Shown piece after piece: positions 15,025 through 32,247 of a stretch of DNA of 64,000 bases. The notes beneath the pieces are model-generated. The model saw nothing but the letters and a program-made list of their open reading frames with translations. It was not told the origin of the DNA and made no database searches. The translations under genes were made by a program, and so were the position numbers. How positions within the stretch are numbered: the stretch's first letter is position 1; every line of letters starts with the position of its first letter. Source of the DNA: Eledone cirrhosa (Eukaryota); contig OZ024754.1 of NCBI GenBank assembly GCA_964016885.1, positions 744,001-808,000 on the forward strand, written 5' to 3'.

Positions 15025-15065
<41 letters not shown>

Positions 15066-15139
15066 CTTATATATATATAGCTTATATATATATATATAGC
15101 TTATATATATATATATGTATATATACATATATATATAAG

Positions 15140-15188
<49 letters not shown>

Positions 15189-16604
15189 CTATATATATAT
15201 ATATAAGCTATATATATATATATATAAGCTATATATATATATATATAAGCTATATATATATAAGCTATATATATATATATAAGCTATATATATATATATA
15301 TATATATAAGCTATATATATATATATATAAGCTATATATATATAAGATATATATATAAGCTATATATATATATATATATAAGCTATATATATATATATAT
15401 ATATAAGCTATATATATATATATATATAAGCTATATATATATATATATATAAGCTATATATATATATATATAAGCTATATATATATATATATAAGCTATA
15501 TATATATATATATATATAAGCTATATATATATATATAAGCTATATATATATATATATATATATATATGCTATATATATATATAAATGTATAAGCTATCTA
15601 TATATATAAATGTATAAGCTATATATATATATATAAATGTATAAGCTATATATATATATAAATGTATAAGCTATATATATATATAAATGTATAAGCTATA
15701 TATATATATAAATGTATAAGCTATATATATATATAAATGTATAAGCTATATATATATATATAAATGTATAAGCTATATATATATATAAATGTATAAGCTA
15801 TATATATATATAAATGTATAAGCTATATATATATATATATATATATATATAAGCTATATATATATATATATATATAAGCTATATATATATATAAGCTATA
15901 TATATATATATATATATATATATAAGCTATATATATATATATAAGCTATATATATATATATATATATATATAAGCTATATATATATATAAGCTATATATA
16001 TATATATAAGCTATATATATATATATAAGCTATATATATATATATAAGCTATATATATATATATAAGCTATATATATATATATAAGCTATATATATATAT
16101 ATATATATATAAGCTATATATATATATATATATATAAGCTATATATATATATATAAGCTATATATATATAAGCTATATATATATATATATAAGCTATATA
16201 TATATATAAGCTATATATATATATAAGCTATATATATATATATATATATAGGCTATATATATATATAAGTTATATATATATAAGCTATATATATATATAT
16301 ATATATATATAGGCTATATATATATATATAAGTTATATATATATATATAAGCTATATATATATATATAAGCTATATATATATATAAATGTATAAGCTATA
16401 TATATATATAAGCTATATATATATATATATATGTATATATAAGCTATAGATATATATATATTTATATAAATATATATAAGCTATATATATATAAATATAT
16501 ATAAGCTATATATATATATAAGCTATATATATATATATAAGCTATATATATATATAAATGTATAAGCTATATATATATATAAGCTATATATATATATATA
16601 TAAG

Positions 16605-16637
<33 letters not shown>

Positions 16638-16749
16638 CTATATATATATATATATATATATAAATATATATAAGCTATATATATATATATATAAATATAT
16701 ATATGCTATATATATATATATAATATATATATATATAAATATATATATG

Positions 16750-16829
<80 letters not shown>

Positions 16830-17101
16830 CTATATATATATATATATGTATATAAGCTATATATATATATATAAGCTATATATATATATATATATAAGCT
16901 ATATATATATATATATATATATAAGCTATATATATATATATAAGCTATATATATATATATATATAAGCTATATATATATATATAAGCTATATATATATAT
17001 ATATAAGCTATATATATATATATAAGCTATATATATTTATATAAGCTATATATATTTATATATATATATATATATAAGCTATATATATATATATATATAA
17101 G

Positions 17102-17144
<43 letters not shown>

Positions 17145-17167
17145 CTATATATATATATATATATAAG

Positions 17168-17232
<65 letters not shown>

Positions 17233-17317
17233 CTATAGATATATATATATATAAGCTATAGATATATATATATATATAAGCTATAGATATATATATATAT
17301 ATAAGCTATAGATATAG

Positions 17318-17363
<46 letters not shown>

Positions 17364-17442
17364 CTATAGATATATATATATATATATAAGCTATAGATAT
17401 ATATATATATAAGCTATAGATATATATATATATATAAGCTAT

Positions 17443-17475
<33 letters not shown>

Positions 17476-17547
17476 CTATAGATATATATATATATATATA
17501 TATATATAAGCTATAGATATATATATATATATATATATATAAGCTAT

Positions 17548-17579
<32 letters not shown>

Positions 17580-17615
17580 CTTATATATATATGTATATAT
17601 ATACATATATATAAG

Positions 17616-17654
<39 letters not shown>

Positions 17655-17752
17655 TATACATATATATATATAAGCTATATATATATATACATATACATAC
17701 ATATATATATATAAGCTATATATATATACATATACATATATATACATATAAG

Positions 17753-17795
<43 letters not shown>

Positions 17796-17825
17796 AGCTA
17801 TATATATATATATATACATATAAGC

Positions 17826-17857
<32 letters not shown>

Positions 17858-17860
17858 AGC

Positions 17861-17892
<32 letters not shown>

Positions 17893-17894
17893 AG

Positions 17895-17953
<59 letters not shown>

Positions 17954-18080
17954 CTATATATATATATATATATACATATAAGCTATATATATATATATAT
18001 ATATACATATAAGCTATATATATATATATATATATACATATAAGCTATATACATATATATATAAGCTATATATATATAAG

Positions 18081-18121
<41 letters not shown>

Positions 18122-18701
18122 AGCTATATATAAGCTATATATATATATATATATATAAGCTATATATATGTATATATAAGCTATATATATATATATATAT
18201 AAATATATATATAAGCTATATATATATTTATATATATAAATATATATATAAGCTATATATATATAAGCTATATATATATATATATATAAGCTATATATAT
18301 GTATATATAAGCTATATATATATATATAAATATATATATAAGCTATATATATATATATAAATATATATATAAGCTACATATATAAGCTATATATATATAT
18401 ATATAAATATATATATAAGCTATATATATATATATATAAATATATATATAAGCTATATATATATATATAAATATATATATAAGCTATATATATATATATA
18501 TAAATATATATATAAGTTATATATATATATATAAATATATATATAAGTTATATATATATATATAAATATATATATAAGCTATATATATATAAATATATAT
18601 ATAAGCTATATATATAAGCTATATATATATATATATATAAATATATATATAAGCTATATATATATATATATATAAGCTATATATATATATATATATATAA
18701 G

Positions 18702-18740
<39 letters not shown>

Positions 18741-18996
18741 CTATATATATATATATAAGCTATATATATATATATATATAAGCTATATATATATATATAT
18801 ATATAAGTTATATATATATATATATATAAGCTATATATATATATATATAAGCTATATATATATATATATATAAGCTATATATATATATATATATAAGCTA
18901 TATATATATATATATATAAGCTATATATATATATATAAGCTATATATATATATATATATAAGCTATATATATAAGCTATATATATATATATATATA

Positions 18997-19724
18997 TGGA
19001 AGAAGTTTAGGGAGCTGCTTCCTCTGTTGACGAAGAAGGGTTTCTCCCTGCGTACGAAAGGCCGGTTGTATGATGCCTGTGTGAGGAGCGCGATGCTGCA
19101 TGGTAGTGAGACATGGGCAGCTACCGCAGAAGATATGCGACGGCTGGAGAGAAATGAGGCAAGCATGCTCCGTTGGATGTGCAGTGTAAATGTGCGTGAA
19201 CGACCCAGCATAAATGTGTTGAGAGAGAAACTGTGTCTGAGAGGGATAGAATGTAGTGTACAGGAGATGCCTGTGTGAGGAGCGCGATGTTGCATGGTAG
19301 TGAGACATGGGCAGCTACCGCAGAAGATATGCGACGGCTGGAGAGAAATGAGGCAAGCATGCTCCGTTGGATGTGCAGTGTAAATGTGCGTGAACGACCC
19401 AGCATAAATGTGTTGAGAGAGAAACTGTGTCTGAGAGGGATAGAATGTAGTGTACGGGAGAGGAGACTGAGGTGGTATGGACATGTGATGCGCATGGAGG
19501 ATGACCGATGGGTGAAGAAGTGCCAGGAAATGCCAATTGAAGGAAGACGTGGTAGAGGTAGACCACGAAAAACATGGGCGGAGGTGGTGAGAACAGACCT
19601 CAGATCATTGAAGCTCACGGTGGAGATGACGAGGGACCGTGACGAGTGGAGAGATGCTGTGCTGATAAGACCCGTCCCACCCTTGCAAGCAGGGAAAAGC
19701 GGACGTAAAATGATGATGATGATG
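18997..19724 (+). mobile_element. RTE LINE family C 3' fragment with internal 194-bp tandem duplication
   Basis: [11 protein letters not shown]...MLHGSETW...[12 protein letters not shown]. 19072-19265 is repeated at 19266-19459. Very short 3' UTR and (GAT)n tail. Confidence 0.9.
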
Positions 19725-20482
19725 AAGCTATATATATATATAAGCTATATATATATATATAAGCTATATATATATATATATAAGCTATATATATATTATA
19801 TATATAAGCTATATATATATATATATAAGCTATATATATATATATATATAAGCTATATATATATATATAAGCTATATATATATATATATATAAGCTATAT
19901 ATATATATATATATATAAGCTATATATATATATATATATAAGCTATATATATATATATATATAAGCTATATATATATATATATAAGCTATATATATATAT
20001 ATATAAGCTATATATATATATATATAAGCTATATATATATATATATAAGCTATATATATATATATTATAAGCTATATATATATAATATAAGCTATATATT
20101 ATATATATAAGCTATATATATATATATATAAGCTATATATATATATATATAAGCTATATATTATATATATATAAGCTATATATATATATATATAAGCTAT
20201 ATATATATATATATAAGCTATATATATATATATATAAGCTATATATATATATATATAAGCTATATATATATATATATAAGCTATATATATATATATATAT
20301 AAGCTATATATATATAAGCTATATATATATATACTATAGCTATATATATATATATATAAGCTATATATATATATATATATATAAGCTATATATACATATA
20401 AGCTATATATATATATATATAAGCTATATATACATATAAGCTATATATATATATTATAAGCTATATATATAATATATATAAG

Positions 20483-20531
<49 letters not shown>

Positions 20532-20574
20532 GCTATATATATATATATATAAGCTATATATATATATATATAAG

Positions 20575-20615
<41 letters not shown>

Positions 20616-20634
20616 CTATATATATATATATAAG

Positions 20635-20809
<175 letters not shown>

Positions 20810-20810
20810 C

Positions 20811-20843
<33 letters not shown>

Positions 20844-21029
20844 CTCATATAAGCTATATATATATATAATATATATATATATATATAAGCTATAGATATA
20901 TATATATATAAAGCTATAGATATATATATATATATATATAAGCTATAGATATAGATATAGATATATATATAAGCTATAGATATATATATATAAAATAAGC
21001 TATAGATATATATATATATATATAGCTAT

Positions 21030-21064
<35 letters not shown>

Positions 21065-21166
21065 CTATATATATATATATAAGATATATATATATATACA
21101 TATAAGCTATATATATATATTATATATATACATATAAGCTATATATATATATATATACATATAAGC

Positions 21167-21198
<32 letters not shown>

Positions 21199-21627
21199 CT
21201 ATATACATATATATATAAGTTATATATATATATACATATATATATAATAAGCTATATATAGTATATATATATATATATATATATACATATATATAAGCTA
21301 TATATATATATATATATATAAGCTATATATATATATATATATATAAGCTATATATATATATATATATATAAGCTATATATATATATATATATATAAGCTA
21401 TATATTAATAATATATATATATATAAGCTATATATATATATATATATAAGTAGCTATATATATATATATATATATAAGCTATATATATATATATATATAT
21501 AAGCTATATATATATATATATATATAAGCTATATATATATATATAAAGCTATATATATATATATATATATATATAAGCTATATATATATATATATATATA
21601 AGCTATATATATATATATATATATAAG

Positions 21628-21662
<35 letters not shown>

Positions 21663-21729
21663 CTATAGTATATATATATATAAGCTATATATATATATAT
21701 ATATATATATATAAGCTATATATATATAC

Positions 21730-23216
21730 GAAATATAGTGAAGAGTTTAGCGTAAAAGTTGGCGTCCATCAGGGCTCTGTTCTCAGTCCACTACTATTTA
21801 TTATTGCCCTTCAGGCTATAACAGAGGAGTTCAAGACAGGCTGCCCATGGGAACTCCTATACGCTGACGACCTGACACTCATAGCGGAATCAATGGCCGA
21901 GCTAGAGAAGAAATTCCAAACATGGAAGCACGGCCTAGAGTCAAAAGGACTTAAAATTAACCTGGCTAAGACCAAAGTGCTAGTTTGTAGGAAAGAAAAC
22001 AAGGCGGCGGTCCCTTCTGGAAATGGTCGTGCTCGGTGTGTAGGAAAGGCGTAGGTAGAAACTCCATTTTATGTCCTAAATGTAAAGTATGGGTGCATAA
22101 AAGATGTAGTGGGATCACAGGTAAGCTAACTAAGAACATAGATTTTACATGTGGCCGGTGCTCTGGTGCAATAAGTAGCAGCAAGTGCCCACAAACTACT
22201 AGCTCTTTCAATTGCGCAGAGGGTTCTATAGAAATAGTGGACAGCTTCCGTTACCTGGGCGATAAAATCAGCAGTGTGGGGAGGGTGCTCTGAAGTACTG
22301 TAGCTAGAGTCAGAACTGGTTGGAAAAAGTTCAGAGAGGCTTATACCACTATTAGCTGCTAAACGGTTCTCACTAAAAATGAAAGGCAGGTTGTACGATG
22401 CCTGCATACGAACAGCAATGCTGCATGGCAGTGAGACCTGGGCATTGTGTGCAGAGGATATACGCAGACTAGAGAGGAACGAAGCTTGCATGCTCCGCTG
22501 GATGTGTAACAGTAATATACGTGAACGGCAAAGCATAAACGAACTAAGGAAAAAATTAGAGATAAGAGGGATCAGATGTTGTTTACTCGAGAGAAGGCTA
22601 CGTTGGTATGGACACGTGATGCGCATGAAAGTCGATAGCTGTATAACAAAGTGCAGGGCAATAAGATAGACGGTAGTCACGGAATAGGCAGACTAGAAAA
22701 ACCTGGGACGAGCTGATAAACTCCGACATCACACACTTACACCTCTCCAAGACAATGTCACTGGACCGAGACCTTTGGCGGTACTCAGTAACAGAGAAGA
22801 CCCGCCTTACCTAAATATATAGTAAAACCTACTCCAGCCAGTAGGCATCTCTAACAAAATACACCCCGTCCCACCACCCCCACCCCACCCGATCCACACC
22901 ACCCCGTTCTATGTAAAGTTATGTTGGTGCCGCGCCTTCGAGGCCGAAACAAATGAGATCGTGTAGGTGTCACGACAAAAAAACACACAGTCCCACGCTG
23001 TAATGTGGCCGTGTAGGCAACACGGTAAAAAACCTCCCAGACCCACACTGTAAATGTGGTTGGTGTTAGGAAGGGCATCCAACTGTAGAAAACCTGCCAG
23101 ACAGTCCTATGCGAGCAAGACAATCACTCTTGCCTCAAGTGGGACTACCCCCGTCCAAACCCATGCAAGCGTGGAACACGGACGTTAAACGTTTGATGAT
23201 GATGATGATGATGATA
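21730..23216 (+). mobile_element. RTE LINE family B, 5'-truncated, frameshifted
   Basis: [13 protein letters not shown]...LLYADD through 3' UTR and (GAT)n tail. Confidence 0.92.
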
Positions 23217-23233
23217 TATATATATATATAAGC

Positions 23234-23264
<31 letters not shown>

Positions 23265-23425
23265 TATATATATATATGTATATAAGCTATATATATATAT
23301 ATATATATATATAAGCTATATATATATTATATATATATAAGCTATATATATATATATATATATAAGCTAATATATATATATATATATATATATAAGCTAT
23401 ATATATATTATATATATATATAAGC

Positions 23426-23456
<31 letters not shown>

Positions 23457-23624
23457 CTATATATATATATATATATATATATGCTATATATATATATATA
23501 TATATATATATAGGCTATATATATATGCTATATATTATATATATATATGCTATATATATATATATATGCTATACTATATATATATAATATATGCTATCTA
23601 TATATATAATATATATATATATTG

Positions 23625-23660
<36 letters not shown>

Positions 23661-23711
23661 TATATATATATATATATATATGCTATATATATATATATAT
23701 ATATATATATG

Positions 23712-23749
<38 letters not shown>

Positions 23750-23774
23750 TATATATATATATATATATATATGC

Positions 23775-23838
<64 letters not shown>

Positions 23839-23969
23839 GCTATATATATATATATATATATATGCTATATATATATATATATATATTGCTATATATATAT
23901 ATATATATATATATGCTATATATATATATATATATATATATGCTATATATATATATATATATATATATG

Positions 23970-24020
<51 letters not shown>

Positions 24021-24022
24021 AG

Positions 24023-24060
<38 letters not shown>

Positions 24061-24234
24061 TACATATATATATAAGCTATATATATATATATATACACAT
24101 AAGCAATATATATATATATATATATACATATATATATAAGCTATATATATATATATATACACATAAGCTATATATATATATATATATATACATATATATA
24201 TAAGCTATATATATATATACATATATATATAAGC

Positions 24235-24272
<38 letters not shown>

Positions 24273-24325
24273 AGCTATATATATATATATATAAGCTATA
24301 TATATATATATATAATACATATACG

Positions 24326-24370
<45 letters not shown>

Positions 24371-24372
24371 AG

Positions 24373-24415
<43 letters not shown>

Positions 24416-24417
24416 AG

Positions 24418-24482
<65 letters not shown>

Positions 24483-24487
24483 CTATC

Positions 24488-26619
24488 ACTCTTTTACCTG
24501 TTTCAGCCATCCGGCTGAGGCCACGCTGGGGCACCGCCCTTGTTTCTACACATTTTATCTCCAGCCTGTATAGGTTGGCCACTGGTGTAGGAGGGAGTTT
24601 GTTGCTGCTGCCCTTAGGTTTCGCTCGTGTCTTGCTGTGGGCTCATCCGGGATCCTGGATAACAAGGTCTCGAGATGTTTCTTAAAGACATCCACCTCCA
24701 CGTCATGCAAGTCTCTCAGATGCCTCGGCAGCCTGTTGAAGAGTTGAGGGCCCTTGATTCCCAGGCTATTGCAATACCTGCTCCTTATTCTAGATGTGGA
24801 AGACGGGACCTTTGGCACCACAGAGTGACGTCCTGTTCGACGGTTGGTCCAGCTCCCAATGCCAAAGTTTGGTGCTAGTCCCTCCAGGATTTTCCACATG
24901 TAGATCACTGCGTATCTCTCCCGTCTTCGCTCCAAGGAGTAGAGGTTCAGTTCCTTTAGCCTCTCCCAGTAGCTTGTCTCCCTCATCTTGGCAATCCTCT
25001 TGGTGTAGCTTCGCTGGATTGCCTCAAGCTCCGTGGTTAGTTTGACACTATGGGGTGACCACAGCTGGGAGCAGTAGTCCAGGCGGCTTAGGACAAAAGT
25101 CCTCCACAGTGTCAACATGGTGTCTCGATCTCTTGTAAGGAAAGTCCTCAAGATCCAGCCAGCGAATCGTCTACATGTTGTCGCCACCTTCATGATGTGT
25201 GAAGAAAAAGATGCATCATCGCTCATGTCTATGCCCAGGTCTCGTATCGATTTTGACACGGGGATATCGGTCCCTCCTGGTCCTGTGTAGCTGTGTTCCA
25301 CTATATTTGTGTTTGCAGGTTTGTATTGTAGGGCTTGGAATTTGCCAGCATTAAACTGCATGTTGTTTTCTTCCGCCCATCTGTATATGGCATCCAGATC
25401 CTGCTGTAAAAGGGCAGCGTCAGCCGGGTTTTTGATTGCCTATGCTACCTTAGTGTCATCAGCATAGCTAGTGAGGGATGTTGTTGCATGCACCACAGAG
25501 GGCATATCCGAGAGACCCACCAAAAACAGTAGTGGTCCCAGGACTGTCCCCTGGGGCACCCCACTTGTTATCGGTGTTTCCCTCAAGAGGGCCCCAATTG
25601 CTGCGACTGCCTGGCTTCTGTCCCTTAGGAAGCCATGCAGCCACTCACCTACTTTTCCAGTTATGCCGAGTCCGTGTAGTTTGTGACATATCATTCCGTG
25701 GTCGACCTTGTCAAAGGCCTTCGCAAAGTCAAGATATATCACGTCCACATGTGAGCTGTCTAGTAGTTGTCTCAGTACCCAGTCGTAGTGATGTAGCAGC
25801 TGTGTAAGGCAGCTTCTTCCTGGGCGGAAGCCATGTTGCGTGCTAGTCAGGCAGTCATTTTCTTCGAGGAAAGTGATTAGTTTCTTTCTGACGACTCGCT
25901 CCATGACCTTACTGATATGCGACGTCAGGGAGACTGGCCTATAGTTCTTGGCCTTCGCTCTACTACCTCCTTTATGGATAGGGCATATTGTGCCTTCTTT
26001 CAGCTCCCTGGGTAGTACACCGCTAGCCAAGGAGCTTCTCAAGAGCATCTTCAGTGGAGTTGCTAAGGCCCGCTTACATCATTTTAGGAGAACTGCTGGG
26101 AATCCATCAGGTCCAGCAGCCGAGTCTGTTCTAATTTCATCAATGGCGTACACCACATCCTCCTCCGTTATGTCTATGTGGTTGATGGTTGCCATTTCTT
26201 GATGTAGTGTTGTGGCATCAAAGAACTCCTCTGGCTTCGTTATTTGCATGTGCCTCAGTGGACATGTGAAGACACTTTTGTACTGTTCGTTCAGTATTTC
26301 ACATATCTCTTGGGGATTTTCGGTTAATGAACCGTCCGTGTGGAAGAGTGGTCCAATCTTGCAATGTACTGAGGCAGTTTCTTTTGCAAATTTAAAGAAG
26401 GCCTTGGGGTTTGTTTTAATGTTTTCTATGGCCCTGTTCTCTTTCTTTGCCCTCTCATTCTCATGTGAAAGTTTGAGTGCAATCTCGGTGTCAAGTAGTG
26501 CACGTTTCAAATAGGATTCCTTCTTGTTTTTGTTTTGTTGACTATTCAACTGGTTTGAGAGTTCAGTTCTACGTCTCATAAGGATTTTCCTATCTCTGGG
26601 AATAAGATTTTTGTGTCTG
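24488..26619 (-). mobile_element. CR1-group LINE, 5'-truncated, disrupted RT
   Basis: ORFs 26079-26630, 25440-26048 and 24555-25361: [52 protein letters not shown]. Confidence 0.93.
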
Positions 26620-28050
26620 CACGGCCACATTACAGCGTGAACTGTGTGTTTTTTTGTCGTGACACCTACACGATCTCATTTGTTTCGGCCTGGATGTTGT
26701 GGCACCAACATAACTTTACATTGAAAGGGGCGGTGTGGATGGAGTGGGGGTGGTGGGACGGGGGGGTATTTTGTTAGAGATGCCTACTGACTGTAGTAGG
26801 TTTTACTTTGTATTTAGGTAAGGCGGGTCTTCTCTATTACTGAGTACCGCCAAAGGTCTCGGTCCAGTGACATTGTCTTGGTGAGGTGTAAGTGTGTGAG
26901 GTCGGAATTTATCAGCTCGTCCCAGGTCTTTCTGGGTCTGCCTATTCCGTGGCTACCGTCTATCTTTATTGCTCTGCACTTTGTTATACAGCTATCGTCT
27001 TTCATGCGCATCACGTGACCATACCAGCGTAGCCTTCTCTCGAGTAAACAACATCTGATCCCTCTTATTTCTAATTTTTTCCTTAGTTCGTTTATGCTTT
27101 GCCGTTCACGTATATTACTATTACACATCCAGCGGAGCATGCAAGCTTCGTTTCTCTCTAGTCTGCGTATATCCTCTGCACACAATGCCCAGGTCTCACT
27201 GCCATGCAACATTGCTGTTCGTATGCAGGCATCATACAACCTGCCTTTCATTTTTAGGGAGAACCCTTTAGCAGCTAATAGTGGTATAAGCTCTCTGAAC
27301 TTTTTCCATCCAGTTCTGACTCTAGCTACTGTACTTTCAGAGCACCCTCCCCCACTGCTGATTTTGTCACCCAGGTAACGGAAGCTGTCCACTATTTCTG
27401 TAGAACCCTCTGCGCAGTTGAAAGAGCTAGTATTTTGTGGGCACTTGCTGCTACTTATTGCACCAGAGCACCGGCCACATGTAAAATCTATGTTCTTAGT
27501 TAGCTTACCTGTGATCCCACTACATCTTTTATGCACCAATACTTTGCATTTGGGACACAAAATGGAGTTTCTACCTACGCCTTTCCTACACACTGAGCAT
27601 GGCCACTTCCCGGAAGGGACCGCCGCCTTATTTTCTTTCTTACAAACTAGAACTTTAGTCTTAGCCAGGTTAATTTTAAGGCCTTTTGATTTTAGGCCGT
27701 GCTTCCATGTTTGGAATTTCTTCTCTAGCTCGGCCATTGATTCAGCTATGAGTGTTAGGTCATCTGCGTATAGGAGTTCCCATGGGCAGCCGGTCTTGAA
27801 CTCCTTTGTTATAGCCTGAAGGGCAATAATAAATAGTAGGGGGCTGAGAACAGAGCCCTGATGGACGCCAACTTTTACGCTATATTCGTTGTTAATTCTA
27901 ACCTTGCTGACTGTTTCTTTATACATGGCTTGTATAGCTCTCACAAGCCATTCGTCAACACCTAGTTTTCTAAGAGCCCACCAGGTAATGGAACAGGGGA
28001 CTCTGTCGAAGGCTTTCTCCAAGTCGACAAAAGCTAAGTATAGGGGTTTA
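26620..28050 (-). mobile_element. RTE LINE family B fragment with its 3' UTR cut off at the CR1 copy
   Basis: ORF 26814-28050: [17 protein letters not shown]...LLYADD...RRLRWYGHV. Confidence 0.93.
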
Positions 28051-28057
28051 TGTATAT

Positions 28058-28092
<35 letters not shown>

Positions 28093-28159
28093 CATATATA
28101 CATATACATATATATATATATCTACATATATACATATATATAGATATCTACATATATAC

Positions 28160-28189
<30 letters not shown>

Positions 28190-28190
<1 letters not shown>

Positions 28191-28238
28191 CTCTTTTACC
28201 TGTTTCAGCCATCCGGCTGAGGCCATGCTGGGGCACCA
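28190..28238 (-). mobile_element. 3' tip of the CR1-group LINE
   Basis: Reverse complement of 5364-5410. Confidence 0.85.
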
Positions 28239-28265
28239 TATATATATACATATATATATATATAC

Positions 28266-28300
<35 letters not shown>

Positions 28301-28301
28301 C

Positions 28302-28385
<84 letters not shown>

Positions 28386-28455
28386 ACATACATACATATA
28401 TATACATACATACATATATATATACATACATACATATATATATACATATACATAT

Positions 28456-28540
<85 letters not shown>

Positions 28541-28550
28541 CATATATATA

Positions 28551-29031
28551 CATATACTGATTAATGTTCAGAGCCATCCTCAGCATTCTCGTGTAGCACC
28601 CATCCACCATCTGAGTGAGTCTCTTGGTCAGTGTCCAAGTCTCAGACCCATACAGCAGCACAGACTCCACTACAGCAATGAAGAGGCGGATTTTCAGGTC
28701 TCTATGAAGGTCCGACTTCCACATTAATCAGAAAAACTCAGAGCTGTATGGGAGCATCCCAAAAGTCAGCTCAAAAGTGACACAGAGGAGACTGAGGTTG
28801 GCTGGATATGCTCACCGACATCCAGAGTTGACATTGCACTCAGTGCTCCTTTGGGAACCCCTACATGGACACACTAGAAGAGGAAGACCAAGGTTAACAT
28901 ATGTTGATGCCCTAAGGACAGACACTGGTCTGTTGGAGATGCAGGATAAGGCAGCGATAATGAGGGACAGAGACCGCTGGAGAGAACTCGTCCATGGATC
29001 TCGGGAATTTTCCCCGCCTTAGATAGATAGA
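28551..29031 (+). mobile_element. RTE-related LINE family D 3' fragment with 5' inversion
   Basis: 28551-28724 is antisense ([29 protein letters not shown]...NINQY). 28725-29022 is sense. (GATA)n tail. Confidence 0.85.
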
Positions 29032-32247
<3,216 letters not shown>

